From Candidatus Poribacteria bacterium (GTDB lineage: Bacteria; Poribacteria; WGA-4E; WGA-3G): 64,000 nt of DNA. Position numbers and translations under genes: made by a program. This document shows positions 40,560 through 50,069 of this stretch, one piece after another; the stretch's first letter is position 1; the number at the start of each line of letters is the position of its first letter. The DNA lies in the NCBI GenBank assembly GCA_965214095.1, contig OZ243938.1, forward strand, positions 2,368,001 to 2,432,000, written 5' to 3'. The notes beneath the pieces are model-generated. The model saw only the letters and a list, made by a program, of their open reading frames with translations, made no database searches and was not told where the DNA came from.

Positions 40560-41621
40560 TTACTCAACAACCCATGTATCGCCAGCATTGAGGAGCGCGT
40601 CAAGGTCACCTTCGCCTCTTTGCTGTTTTGCTGAGGCAATCTGGGCAGTCATCATATCCTCATAGCAAGGTTGCTGAACACTTCGGAAGATACCGATAGG
40701 ATGTGGCATTTCAGGCATATCACTCATACGGGCAAGGAAATTCGCTAAAGTCGTATTTTCAGCAAATTGATCATGCACAATCAAATCTTCTGTGCCATTT
40801 GTCACGGCAGTGATTTCTGGCTGAAAGTTCTTCAAACGAATGCCCATCTCATTCTCTTTACCAAAGAGAAGCGGTTCACCGTGTTCAAGCTTGACCGTAT
40901 TGTCTGCTTTCGTGGATTTATCCGTATAGAGTTCAAAAGCATCTTTATTGAAGATAAGACAGTCTTGATAGATTTCTATGAAAGATGTACCCTTATGTTC
41001 GAATGCGGCTTTAATCATAGATTGTAGATGCCTGGAATCTGTGTCAAGTGACCGCGCAACAAAGGTCGCACTCGAAGCTAAAGCAAGACTAATCGGGTTA
41101 AATGGTGTTTCCAGAGAACCGAAGGGAGTAGATTTCGTTTTCTTTCCCTGTTCCGATGTTGGTGAATATTGCCCTTTCGTGAGACCGTAAATACGGTTGT
41201 TAAACAGCAGAACATTGATGTCAAAGTTACGCCGTAGGAGGTGAATGAAATGGTTTCCACCGATGGAAAGTGCATCTCCATCGCCAGTGACAACCCACAC
41301 TGATAGGTCAGGATTTGCCATCTTCACACCCGATGCAATGGTCGGTGCTCTGCCGTGAATCGTGTGAAAACCGTAAGTGTTCATGTAGTATGGAAAACGA
41401 CTTGAACAGCCGATTCCAGAGATAAAGACGATGTCCTCTCGAGGGATTCCCAACTCAGGCATAATACGTCTTGTTTGCGCGAGAATTGAGTAATCACCAC
41501 AACCAGGACACCAGCGGACATCCTGATCGGACATAAAATCTTTCTGGGTTAGGGTCGGGGCACCACCGGGAATGCCTGAAGCTTTTTTGTTTCTCATGGC
41601 TATGCCTGCCTTTTTGTGCAT
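40560..41621 (-). CDS. korB: 2-oxoacid:ferredoxin oxidoreductase beta subunit
   Basis: WCPGCGD, SGIGCSS, GDGD...NN TPP motif, YGLTKGQ; start may be 41597. Confidence 0.93.
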   Translation of the reverse strand: MHKKAGIAMRNKKASGIPGGAPTLTQKDFMSDQDVRWCPGCGDYSILAQTRRIMPELGIPREDIVFISGIGCSSRFPYYMNTYGFHTIHGRAPTIASGVKMANPDLSVWVVTGDGDALSIGGNHFIHLLRRNFDINVLLFNNRIYGLTKGQYSPTSEQGKKTKSTPFGSLETPFNPISLALASSATFVARSLDTDSRHLQSMIKAAFEHKGTSFIEIYQDCLIFNKDAFELYTDKSTKADNTVKLEHGEPLLFGKENEMGIRLKNFQPEITAVTNGTEDLIVHDQFAENTTLANFLARMSDMPEMPHPIGIFRSVQQPCYEDMMTAQIASAKQQRGEGDLDALLNAGDTWVVE

Positions 41622-41685
41622 TATTAGAGATTATATAACGTACTACGTCCGTTTAGTTTCATGCATATTTCAACGAGTCTGTCTG

Positions 41686-43515
41686 TTATAAGAGAGTATC
41701 AATTTTGGATTCCACTTCATATACATGGAATGGTTGTCCTTGAATCTTGTTGAGTCCAATTGCGTCAATAAGATATTCGCTGCGTATTAATTGCCTAAGA
41801 TGACCCGTGTTTAATTCAGGGATTAACACGGTTTTGAATCTCTTGAGTATATCCTCTAAGTCATTGGGAAATGGGTTAAGATGACGCAAATGCACATGAC
41901 CTATTGCCTTCCCTTCATCAAGTTTATTTTCAACGACAGTGCGGATTGCACCAAATGTTCCACCCCATCCGAGCACAAGTAGATCCCCTTCTTCTGCTCC
42001 GAAGATTTCTGTTGCTGGTAAATCATTTGCAATGCGTTTAACTTTATCTGCACGTATCGTTACCATTCTTTCATGATTTTCAGCATCATAACTTACATTG
42101 CCGGTGATATCTGACTTTTCCAAACCACCGATACGATGCTCAAGTCCGGGTGTTCCAGGTTTTGCCCAAGGTCTTGCGAGCGACTCAGTATCTCTCAGGT
42201 AAGGTTCAAATCCATCTATATCAGTTCTAAAATTGGCTTCAATATTTGGAAGTTCAGAAACATCCGGTATCAGCCAAGGTTCCGCGCCGAGGGCAATATA
42301 TAGGTCAGAAAGAAAGATAACCGGTGTACGGTATTTCACTGCTATGCGGCATGCCTCATATACTGTCTCAAAGCAGTCATACGGACGACATGCAGCGAGT
42401 ATTGGCACAGGTGATTCACCATTTCTGCCGTAAAACATCTGTAATAGGTCTGCCTGTTCGGTTTTTGTTGGCATCCCAGTAGAGGGACCGGCTCTTTGTA
42501 TATTACAGACAACAAGTGGTAATTCAGCAATCATCGCAAGGTTGATGGCTTCAGATTTTAATGCTAGACCGGGACCACTACTCCCCGTTACACCAAGGGA
42601 ACCGCTAAATGAAGCACCTATAGCTACACCCACCGCAGCAATTTCATCTTCCATCTGCATTGTCACAATACCATAGTTTCTGTATTGTGCTAAACCGTGT
42701 AGAATATCACTTGCAGGTGTAATTGGATAACTACCATAGACTAACTGCAAACCGGACCTGTTTGATGCGGCAACAAGTCCAAGCACAGTCGACATATTGC
42801 CTTCAATATTTCTATATTTTCCCGGTTCAAATTGTGCCGCTTTTACCTCATAAGACGTGGCAAATTGTTCTGTCGCTTCACAGTAGATATTTCCCGCACG
42901 AAGGGCTGTTATATTTGGTTCAATGAAGTGTGTATTTCTTGTAGCAAACTTGGTCTTGATCCATCTCATCGTATAATCCATCGGACGGTTGTATAACCAT
43001 AAGATCATACCGAGAGCAAAGAAGTTTTTACATTTATCCTGATCACTATGTTCAAGTTCAGTGTGTTCCAGTGCTTTCCGAGTTAGACGGGTCATTTCTA
43101 CAGAAAAAACTTGATATTTCGTAAGAGAGTCATCTTCTAATGGGTTGTTTTCATATCCGGCAAGCCGCAAGTTCTTTCGAGCAAAATTATCACCATTTAC
43201 GATCAGTATGCCGTTGTCTTTAAGTTTGTGTAGGTTGACTTTTAACGCTGCGGGATTCATCGCTACAAGCACATCACAAGTATCACCGGGTGTATGGATA
43301 GTCTCACTTGAGAAGTGTAGTTGGAATCCTGAAACCCCTGCGAGTGAACCTGCGGGGGCTTTAATTTCAGCGGGGTAATCGGGCAATGTGGCAACATCGT
43401 TCCCGACTATAGCGGAAGTTTCTGTCATCTGTGTTCCAATTGTTTGGGAACCATCACCGGAGTCCCCAGCAAACAGAACTGTAGCCGCTTGAATATGCTC
43501 TACTTGCTTACGCAT
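41686..43515 (-). CDS. korA: 2-oxoacid:ferredoxin oxidoreductase alpha subunit
   Basis: FAGDSGDG, YPITPAS, EDEIAA, SGPG and QRAGPSTGMPT motifs. Confidence 0.93.
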   Translation of the reverse strand: MRKQVEHIQAATVLFAGDSGDGSQTIGTQMTETSAIVGNDVATLPDYPAEIKAPAGSLAGVSGFQLHFSSETIHTPGDTCDVLVAMNPAALKVNLHKLKDNGILIVNGDNFARKNLRLAGYENNPLEDDSLTKYQVFSVEMTRLTRKALEHTELEHSDQDKCKNFFALGMILWLYNRPMDYTMRWIKTKFATRNTHFIEPNITALRAGNIYCEATEQFATSYEVKAAQFEPGKYRNIEGNMSTVLGLVAASNRSGLQLVYGSYPITPASDILHGLAQYRNYGIVTMQMEDEIAAVGVAIGASFSGSLGVTGSSGPGLALKSEAINLAMIAELPLVVCNIQRAGPSTGMPTKTEQADLLQMFYGRNGESPVPILAACRPYDCFETVYEACRIAVKYRTPVIFLSDLYIALGAEPWLIPDVSELPNIEANFRTDIDGFEPYLRDTESLARPWAKPGTPGLEHRIGGLEKSDITGNVSYDAENHERMVTIRADKVKRIANDLPATEIFGAEEGDLLVLGWGGTFGAIRTVVENKLDEGKAIGHVHLRHLNPFPNDLEDILKRFKTVLIPELNTGHLRQLIRSEYLIDAIGLNKIQGQPFHVYEVESKIDTLL

Positions 43516-43592
43516 CAGTGTTCAGCCTTATTATATGCTATTTGGTAGGGGTGGCACCACAATGTCCACCGATAAAATATATCGTCCATGTG

Positions 43593-44132
43593 TTATGCTC
43601 CTTCTCGTGCTTTTAACGCATCTCGTATCGGATTCGGAGGCAGTGTTAATACCTCATGGGGGAAATAATCAACGAGATAAGAGATAACATCTCGTATAGA
43701 AACCATGCCTATTGGATGTTGGTTTTCGTCGACGATTGGCAAATGCCGAAATCTGCCTCGTGCCATATACAACACGGCTGTATCTAACATGTCGTCAGGT
43801 TTCGCTGTTTGTGGGTCCACTTTCATAAACTGTGTAACTGGTATTTGTGTTAGATCTCCGATATCTTTGTTAAAAATCTTGCGTAATACATCACGTTCTC
43901 CAAAAATACCACGTAGAATTCCATCTTCAACAACTGATGCTGCGCCGATATGATTCTTAATTAACAAATCAATCGCATCTTGTGTACTTGCCACTATGTC
44001 TATTGTCACACAATCCCGCATCAGTTGACGAAGTGGCACATAAATTTCACTTGCTTCCAGAACTCTTTTAGATGTCTCGGAGTCCTGGTCCATCTGTGCT
44101 AATTCTTCATCAATCGCACTGTCATATAACAT
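43593..44132 (-). CDS. CBS-pair protein
   Basis: GIFGERD, FRHLPIVD and GMVSIRD motifs. Confidence 0.88.
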   Translation of the reverse strand: MLYDSAIDEELAQMDQDSETSKRVLEASEIYVPLRQLMRDCVTIDIVASTQDAIDLLIKNHIGAASVVEDGILRGIFGERDVLRKIFNKDIGDLTQIPVTQFMKVDPQTAKPDDMLDTAVLYMARGRFRHLPIVDENQHPIGMVSIRDVISYLVDYFPHEVLTLPPNPIRDALKAREGA

Positions 44133-44134
44133 GG

Positions 44135-44572
44135 TTATGTGCCTCCTCCCTGACTTTCAATAAATATAGCCACGTGGTCTAATATATCACGAGTTGAAAT
44201 CAACCCTACAGGAAACTCTTGCTGTTGATCATCCCAAATACAGAGCGGAACATGTCTAAAATGTCCGAGATGCATTAAGTTCAGAGCGAAAGCAATTGGG
44301 TCACTGGCACGTAACGATTCGGGGTTTGCTGACATTATATCTTCAACGAGAACATCTTTTGGGTCTAACCGCTTTCCGCATACATGGACGAGTAGGTCGC
44401 GATCAGTGATAATCCCTGCTAACCTTTGTTCAGCATCAACGACAAGGATACAGCCAAAACCTTCTGCCTGCATGATGTCTATGACATCCGAGGCAGGAGA
44501 ACCAACTTGGACGGTGGCAGGTTGCTTGTAATCAAGCGTACTAATCGGTAAAGACAGTGTTCTCGCGTCCAT
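44135..44572 (-). CDS. CBS-pair protein
   Basis: GIITDRD, FRHVP and GLISTRD motifs. Confidence 0.88.
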   Translation of the reverse strand: MDARTLSLPISTLDYKQPATVQVGSPASDVIDIMQAEGFGCILVVDAEQRLAGIITDRDLLVHVCGKRLDPKDVLVEDIMSANPESLRASDPIAFALNLMHLGHFRHVPLCIWDDQQQEFPVGLISTRDILDHVAIFIESQGGGT

Positions 44573-44635
44573 CGTTTTCGTTCCTTGATATATACGTTGA
44601 AATATAGCGTTTGGTTTCTTTCTGTATCTTATTAA

Positions 44636-44664
44636 AGGATACCATATTTGGTATATATTTGCAA
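44636..44664 (-). promoter_or_regulatory. Putative promoter of the CBS-CBS-korAB operon
   Basis: Minus strand TTGCAA-17 bp-TATCCT with TG extension. Confidence 0.5.
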
Positions 44665-44725
44665 GTATAATTTGATATAATACGAGGTTATTTTCTTTTA
44701 GGATTTTTGTTCAATATTATTCATA

Positions 44726-44759
44726 ATCTACTAATCCTGAAAATCCTGGTTCAGACAAT
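44726..44759. repeat. Family C repeat
   Basis: AATCTACTAATCCTGAAAATCCTGGTTCAGACAAT, matching 2916-2950. Confidence 0.85.
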
Positions 44760-44773
44760 CAAATATGTTTCAT

Positions 44774-44802
44774 TTGACAACACAAACTCAGTTTGCTAAA
44801 CT
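44774..44802 (+). promoter_or_regulatory. Sigma70 promoter of the dehydratase gene
   Basis: TTGACA-17 bp-TAAACT with TG extension. Confidence 0.65.
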
Positions 44803-44850
44803 CTGGAATCAGAAATACTTTCAACATTTACCGAATAGGAGATTCCCATA

Positions 44851-46044
44851 GTGAAAATCACAAACGTCAAAACCATACTCACAGCACCCGATGGTATACG
44901 ATTAGTCGTCGTCAAAATAGAGACCAGCGAACCCGGCCTATACGGAGTAGGTTGTGCAACATTCACACAACGACCACTCGCAGTTGCAACCGCTGTAGAC
45001 GAATACCTAAAGCCATTCCTGATAGGAAAAGACCCAACCAACATTGAGGACATTTTCCAGACAAGTTTTGTCAGTTCATATTGGCGAAATGGTCCCGTTC
45101 TCAACAACGCACTTAGCGGCGTAGACATCGCACTCTGGGACATTATGGGAAAAAGAGCGAACATGCCTGTCTACCAACTGCTTGGAGGGAAATGCCGAGA
45201 TGCAGCAACACTCTATGCACACGCAGGCGGCGGAAACTTTGAACAAGTAGAAAACAACGTCAGACAATATATGGAACAAGGCTATCGTTATGTCCGAGCA
45301 CAAGTCGCAATTCCCGGATACACCACTTACGGCGCAGGTGGTGGAAAACGGAGTTCTCCTGCTTTTGAACCCACACCTTATGTCAACACAGTCATCAAAC
45401 TCTTCGATCATCTACGAACAAACTTAGGAGATGAAGTTGAACTGCTACACGATGTACACGAACGTATTCCACCGATTCAAGCAATCAATCTCGCAAAAGG
45501 ATTAGAACCATTTAATCTGTTTTTCCTTGAAGACCCATTCGCACCAGAAGATGTTGACTATTTCCAACTCATGCGTCAACAGACAAGCATCCCAATCGCA
45601 ATGGGAGAACTGTTCAACAATCCAAACGAATACATCAACCTAATCAAAGACCGACTCATAGATTTCATCCGTGTGCATATTTCACAAATCGGTGGCATCA
45701 GTCCTGCGCGGAAACTCGCTGCATTCTGTGAATTTTTTGGCATCCGAACAGCATGGCACGGACCGGGAGATGTTTCACCTGTCGGACACGCAGCAAATGT
45801 CGCATTAGATTTGGCATGCTACAACTTCGGAATTCAGGAACGGCATGTATTCGGAGAAAACACAAAAGAGGTGTTCCCAGGGTGTCCAGAAATTCGGGAC
45901 GGATGCTTTTGGGCACAAGAAGCACCAGGACTCGGCATCGATGTGAACGAAGAGCTCGCAGAACAATTCCCATTCCCAGAACATCCACTCAACGGAGGAT
46001 GGGCACCAGTCAGACGCATGGATGGCACAGTCATACGTCCATAG
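44851..46044 (+). CDS. RspA/mannonate dehydratase-like enolase
   Basis: YWRNGPV, LLHDVHER, FLED, AMGE and TAWHGP motifs. Confidence 0.9.
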   Translation: MKITNVKTILTAPDGIRLVVVKIETSEPGLYGVGCATFTQRPLAVATAVDEYLKPFLIGKDPTNIEDIFQTSFVSSYWRNGPVLNNALSGVDIALWDIMGKRANMPVYQLLGGKCRDAATLYAHAGGGNFEQVENNVRQYMEQGYRYVRAQVAIPGYTTYGAGGGKRSSPAFEPTPYVNTVIKLFDHLRTNLGDEVELLHDVHERIPPIQAINLAKGLEPFNLFFLEDPFAPEDVDYFQLMRQQTSIPIAMGELFNNPNEYINLIKDRLIDFIRVHISQIGGISPARKLAAFCEFFGIRTAWHGPGDVSPVGHAANVALDLACYNFGIQERHVFGENTKEVFPGCPEIRDGCFWAQEAPGLGIDVNEELAEQFPFPEHPLNGGWAPVRRMDGTVIRP

Positions 46045-46056
46045 GTTTCACAGAAA

Positions 46057-47706
46057 ATGAAAAGCATCGGTTTTGTCATCATAATACTGTGTGTAAGTCT
46101 TGCACATGCAGATATACAGTTCACACGCGTAACTGAAAAAGCAGAAATCCACTTCCAGCATTTTAACGGTGCTACAGGAGAGAAACATCTTGTTGAAACA
46201 ATGGGAGTCGGTGCCGCTTTCTTTGATTACAATAACGACGACTATTTGGACCTATATTTGGTAAACGGCGCACCTCTCACAGGAAACAAACCTGATGTAC
46301 TACCTACCAACCATCTCTATAAAAATAACGGGGACGGCACTTTTACCGATGCAACAATTAAAACAGGCACAGACGACACAGGATACGGAATCGGGTGTTG
46401 TGTAGCCGACTACGACAACGATGGTAACAAAGACCTTTTCATCACCAACTTCGGTCAGAATATCCTATACCACAACAACGGGGACGGCACTTTTGCTGAT
46501 GTATCAAAGCAATCAGGAATTGCAGACGAATCGCTCTTTTCCTCAGGTTGTGCCTTTGCAGACTACAACAACGATGGATGGCTTGATCTGATTGTGATAA
46601 ACTATGTGATACTCAATTTAGAGGACGCACCAGATTGCTCACAAAACGGAATTCAAGCTTACTGCCGTCCAGAAGATTTTGAACCCGCACCAGACCATCT
46701 CTACCGAAACAACGGGGACGGCACTTTCACAAATGTTACCCAAGATGCTGGAATAAACCTTCACGGCAGAGGACTCGGAGTCGTTTGGACAGATATTGAC
46801 AACGACGGGTGGCTTGACTTATACATCGCAAATGACCGACACGCCAACTTTTTATATCACAACAACGGGGATGCCACTTTCACTGAAATAGGTGAATTGC
46901 ACGGCATCGCAAGAAACGAACACGGTGATACTGAAAGTAGTATGGGTATTGATACTGCGGATTATGACAACGATGGTGACCTTGACGTAATTCTCACGCA
47001 TTACCAAGCTGAAACGAATACACTTTATCAAAATGATGGCAAAGGCGTTTTCTGGGACATCACTGCACAAAGTCGTTTGGGTGAACCCACGCTATTGCCG
47101 CTTGCATGGGGAACAAACTTCGTAGATTTTGACAATGACGGATGGCTTGACCTCTTCTTTGCAAACGGACACTTAGACGACAACATCGGAAAATTAGAAG
47201 AGGTCGGAGTCTACAAACAACCAAATCAACTTTTCTACAATCAAGGAAACGGATTATTCTCCGACATTTCTAGCAAATGTGGTAATGGTCTGCAAATTGA
47301 GAAATCCAGTAGAGGTTCAGTCTTTGGAGACTACGACAATGATGGTGATCTAGACATGCTAATCATGAACATCGCAGACACACCCGACCTGCTTCGCAAC
47401 GATACACCGCTAAAAAGCAATTGGCTTAGCATCAAACTCGTTGGTAAGAAATCAAATCGTGATGCAATTGGTGCAAAGGTGACGCTTCAGTTCGGTAATA
47501 AAACAAGACTTATTGAAGTGAAAAGCGGAGGGAGTTATCTATCTCAAAATCAGTTCCGACTACAAGTAGGATTAGGCACAGCAGAAAAGGTTAATCGGTT
47601 AGTTATCAAGTGGCAAAATGGTGTTCAAGAAATAATTGAAAATGTTAAGAGTAATCAATGGTTGACAATAGAGGAAGGCAATGGTATTATCTCGGTTAAA
47701 CAGTAA
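46057..47706 (+). CDS. CRTAC1/ASPIC-UnbV family secreted protein
   Basis: FG-GAP DYDNDG repeats; NRDAIGAKV...GGSYLSQ. Confidence 0.9.
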   Translation: MKSIGFVIIILCVSLAHADIQFTRVTEKAEIHFQHFNGATGEKHLVETMGVGAAFFDYNNDDYLDLYLVNGAPLTGNKPDVLPTNHLYKNNGDGTFTDATIKTGTDDTGYGIGCCVADYDNDGNKDLFITNFGQNILYHNNGDGTFADVSKQSGIADESLFSSGCAFADYNNDGWLDLIVINYVILNLEDAPDCSQNGIQAYCRPEDFEPAPDHLYRNNGDGTFTNVTQDAGINLHGRGLGVVWTDIDNDGWLDLYIANDRHANFLYHNNGDATFTEIGELHGIARNEHGDTESSMGIDTADYDNDGDLDVILTHYQAETNTLYQNDGKGVFWDITAQSRLGEPTLLPLAWGTNFVDFDNDGWLDLFFANGHLDDNIGKLEEVGVYKQPNQLFYNQGNGLFSDISSKCGNGLQIEKSSRGSVFGDYDNDGDLDMLIMNIADTPDLLRNDTPLKSNWLSIKLVGKKSNRDAIGAKVTLQFGNKTRLIEVKSGGSYLSQNQFRLQVGLGTAEKVNRLVIKWQNGVQEIIENVKSNQWLTIEEGNGIISVKQ

Positions 47707-47719
47707 GAGGAGGAATCAA

Positions 47720-48514
47720 ATGAATATAAGAATCTATTTGATAAGTATTGCAGCGATTCTCATACTCATCGCAAGTCAGTCCGCAATTGCAAAGATTGAC
47801 CCTGATACCGTCGCAGGAATGTGGCTGTTTGAAGAAGGGGGCGGCGATGTGGCAGTAGATAGTTCCGATGCAGGAAACGATGGCACTATCGTCGGTCCAA
47901 AGAAATGGCAAGATGGTAAATTCGGGAAAGCATTGGAATTTGATGGGAACGCTGTATATGTTGAGGTGCAAGCAAATGACAGCATCATTCTTGAAGAACT
48001 CACAATTGTAGCATGGGCAAATCTAAAACCATCGCAAGGTACCCGTTGGCAATCTATCATCATGCGTGGACAGAATCCCCGTAACTACCTATTGGTGGTA
48101 GATAGAGACACGCAAACACTGCAGCTGAGCATAACAAAGGCAGCAGATGGTGGCTTTACCGGCCCGATAGGTGGTCCAGTGATTACAGATGGCGATTGGC
48201 ATCATCTCGCAGGGGTTCTTGGTGAAAATGAAGGTTCAGTCATTTATACCGATGGCGAAGAAGTCGGTAAACAAGGGTACGCTCAACCCAGTCAGGATGC
48301 CAATCCATCGCGAATGCGGATTGGAGATGGATCTAACGGAGGACACCAGTGTGAAGGTTTGCTTGACGAAGTTGCGCTATTTGACGTGCCACTTTCTCAG
48401 GATGACATCAAAGCCATTATGAATGATGGACTTGAAAGAACAACTGGATTCCTCGCCGTTGAACCTGAAAGTAAGTTGACAACAATCTGGGGAAAACTGA
48501 AAGCGGGTATATAG
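47720..48514 (+). CDS. Secreted LamG-domain protein with C-terminal KLTTIWGKLK motif
   Basis: GAGGAGG SD, signal peptide, GKFGKALEFDG, WHHLAG and DEVALF motifs. Confidence 0.88.
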   Translation: MNIRIYLISIAAILILIASQSAIAKIDPDTVAGMWLFEEGGGDVAVDSSDAGNDGTIVGPKKWQDGKFGKALEFDGNAVYVEVQANDSIILEELTIVAWANLKPSQGTRWQSIIMRGQNPRNYLLVVDRDTQTLQLSITKAADGGFTGPIGGPVITDGDWHHLAGVLGENEGSVIYTDGEEVGKQGYAQPSQDANPSRMRIGDGSNGGHQCEGLLDEVALFDVPLSQDDIKAIMNDGLERTTGFLAVEPESKLTTIWGKLKAGI

Positions 48515-48529
48515 CCTATTTCCGTGTTT

Positions 48530-48600
48530 GTAGTCGCGCAATTCATTGCGCCTCTTACATTTTTCTCATGACGGAACCTTATATTTTAGAATTGGTATAA
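48530..48600. repeat. Partial MITE: family B REP plus right TIR
   Basis: GTAGTCGCGCAATTCATTGCGC at 48530-48551; TAGAATTGGTA-TAA at 48587-48600. Confidence 0.7.
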
Positions 48601-48601
48601 C

Positions 48602-50041
48602 CTATTTCCGTTGTTGTCGAATCTCCTTCAATCCTTCTTGATAGATCGGATTATCGGGAGCAATTTCAATCGCTTTCAAGGCAGCCGCCTCCGCTTCATT
48701 ATACTGTCCGTCTTTATAGCACAACCAAGACAGTGTGTTGTAATAAGGTGCTGCTTTAGGGGATAATTCTGTCGCTTTACGCGCCAACGCAATCGCTTTT
48801 TCCATATTCCGATTGTGTTGTCCGTATAGATATGCAAGTCCGTGATGTGCAGATGCCATCTCCGGTTTGAGTTCAATTGCACGGCGATAATGTTTTTCAG
48901 CATCTTTAAACTTACCGCCTGTTGTATAGAGTGTCCCTAACATCAGATGCGATTCAGGATGGTCAGCATTTAGAGCGAGGGCATGTTTAAACTGTTTCAT
49001 AGCATTTTGTGCATCCCGATTCTGCATATAGGCAATACCAAGATAATGGTAGGTTTCGGTTGTTTTCAAACCAAGTTGCACAGCACGTTTATAGTGTGTG
49101 ATCGCTTCTGACACATCTCCCTGTTCCAATGCGATCCTACCAAAACCAGCAGATATATGTGCCGTATCAATATCTGATGTGCCATATATTTGGATACGTT
49201 CAAATTCGCGTGCTGCTTCGTCATATCTTTCGTATTTGAGGTAGGTATTCGCAAGTTTGACTATTGCTGCCACTTTGTTATCGGTATCCGCAACAAAAAC
49301 TGCCTCAAGATGTTTTTGAATATCGGTGTCTATTTTCTTGAGAGAACGGAAACGTACCATTGATGCTTCGGCATTAGGCACATCTCCGATTTGACGATAG
49401 CATCTGGCAAGTTGATAGTGGACGTTGGACATCGTGGGGGATAATGCAAGGCTTTTTTGAAAGACAGTGATCGCCACTTGCCAATTCCGGTTACGACTAT
49501 GTAGCACACCGAGTTGATAGTGAGCATCAGCAAAATTGGGGTTTCTATTGATTGCTCGTTGTTGTGAGGTAATGGCTTTCGCTATTTCGCCGCGTCCTGC
49601 ATAGATTTTGCCAAGGGTATGCAGTGCTTTGGAAACACCTACAGTGTCTTGATCCACAACATTAGCGTAAAACTGAATTGCATCATCAAACTTTCCCTGT
49701 TGATATGTAATATAGCCTAATCCAATATTTGATTGTGCTTTGACAATGTGGGTTTGTTTGCCAAATGCGTCGCGTCTTGCTAAACGCAGTGCTTCCTGAT
49801 AAACATGCGTAGCTTCGGTATAACGACCCAGTTGGGAATAAGCGAAACCTAAACGGACCAGTGTCTTGCCTGTTGCAGGTGCGTTGTTGAGATAGTGAAT
49901 GGCTTGTTCATAATTACCGTATTGGAGTGCTTCTTCTGCCAACTCAAAAGCATTTTGAGAATGACCAAACTGAACACTCGCCAAATAGAGACATAGTGCC
50001 AAAACCATCCAAAGATGTTCTCTTTTCATGAGATAAACCAC
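48602..50041 (-). CDS. Secreted TPR protein
   Basis: Signal peptide and many TPRs; C-terminus resembles the gene at 2-646. Confidence 0.88.
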   Translation of the reverse strand: MVYLMKREHLWMVLALCLYLASVQFGHSQNAFELAEEALQYGNYEQAIHYLNNAPATGKTLVRLGFAYSQLGRYTEATHVYQEALRLARRDAFGKQTHIVKAQSNIGLGYITYQQGKFDDAIQFYANVVDQDTVGVSKALHTLGKIYAGRGEIAKAITSQQRAINRNPNFADAHYQLGVLHSRNRNWQVAITVFQKSLALSPTMSNVHYQLARCYRQIGDVPNAEASMVRFRSLKKIDTDIQKHLEAVFVADTDNKVAAIVKLANTYLKYERYDEAAREFERIQIYGTSDIDTAHISAGFGRIALEQGDVSEAITHYKRAVQLGLKTTETYHYLGIAYMQNRDAQNAMKQFKHALALNADHPESHLMLGTLYTTGGKFKDAEKHYRRAIELKPEMASAHHGLAYLYGQHNRNMEKAIALARKATELSPKAAPYYNTLSWLCYKDGQYNEAEAAALKAIEIAPDNPIYQEGLKEIRQQRK

Positions 50042-50069
50042 TCATAATCCACATATCCGCTAATTACCT

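Noticed and set aside
681-48600. CRISPR array
   Set aside because: Repeats are dispersed or inverted pairs, not regularly spaced direct repeats with unique spacers; no cas genes.
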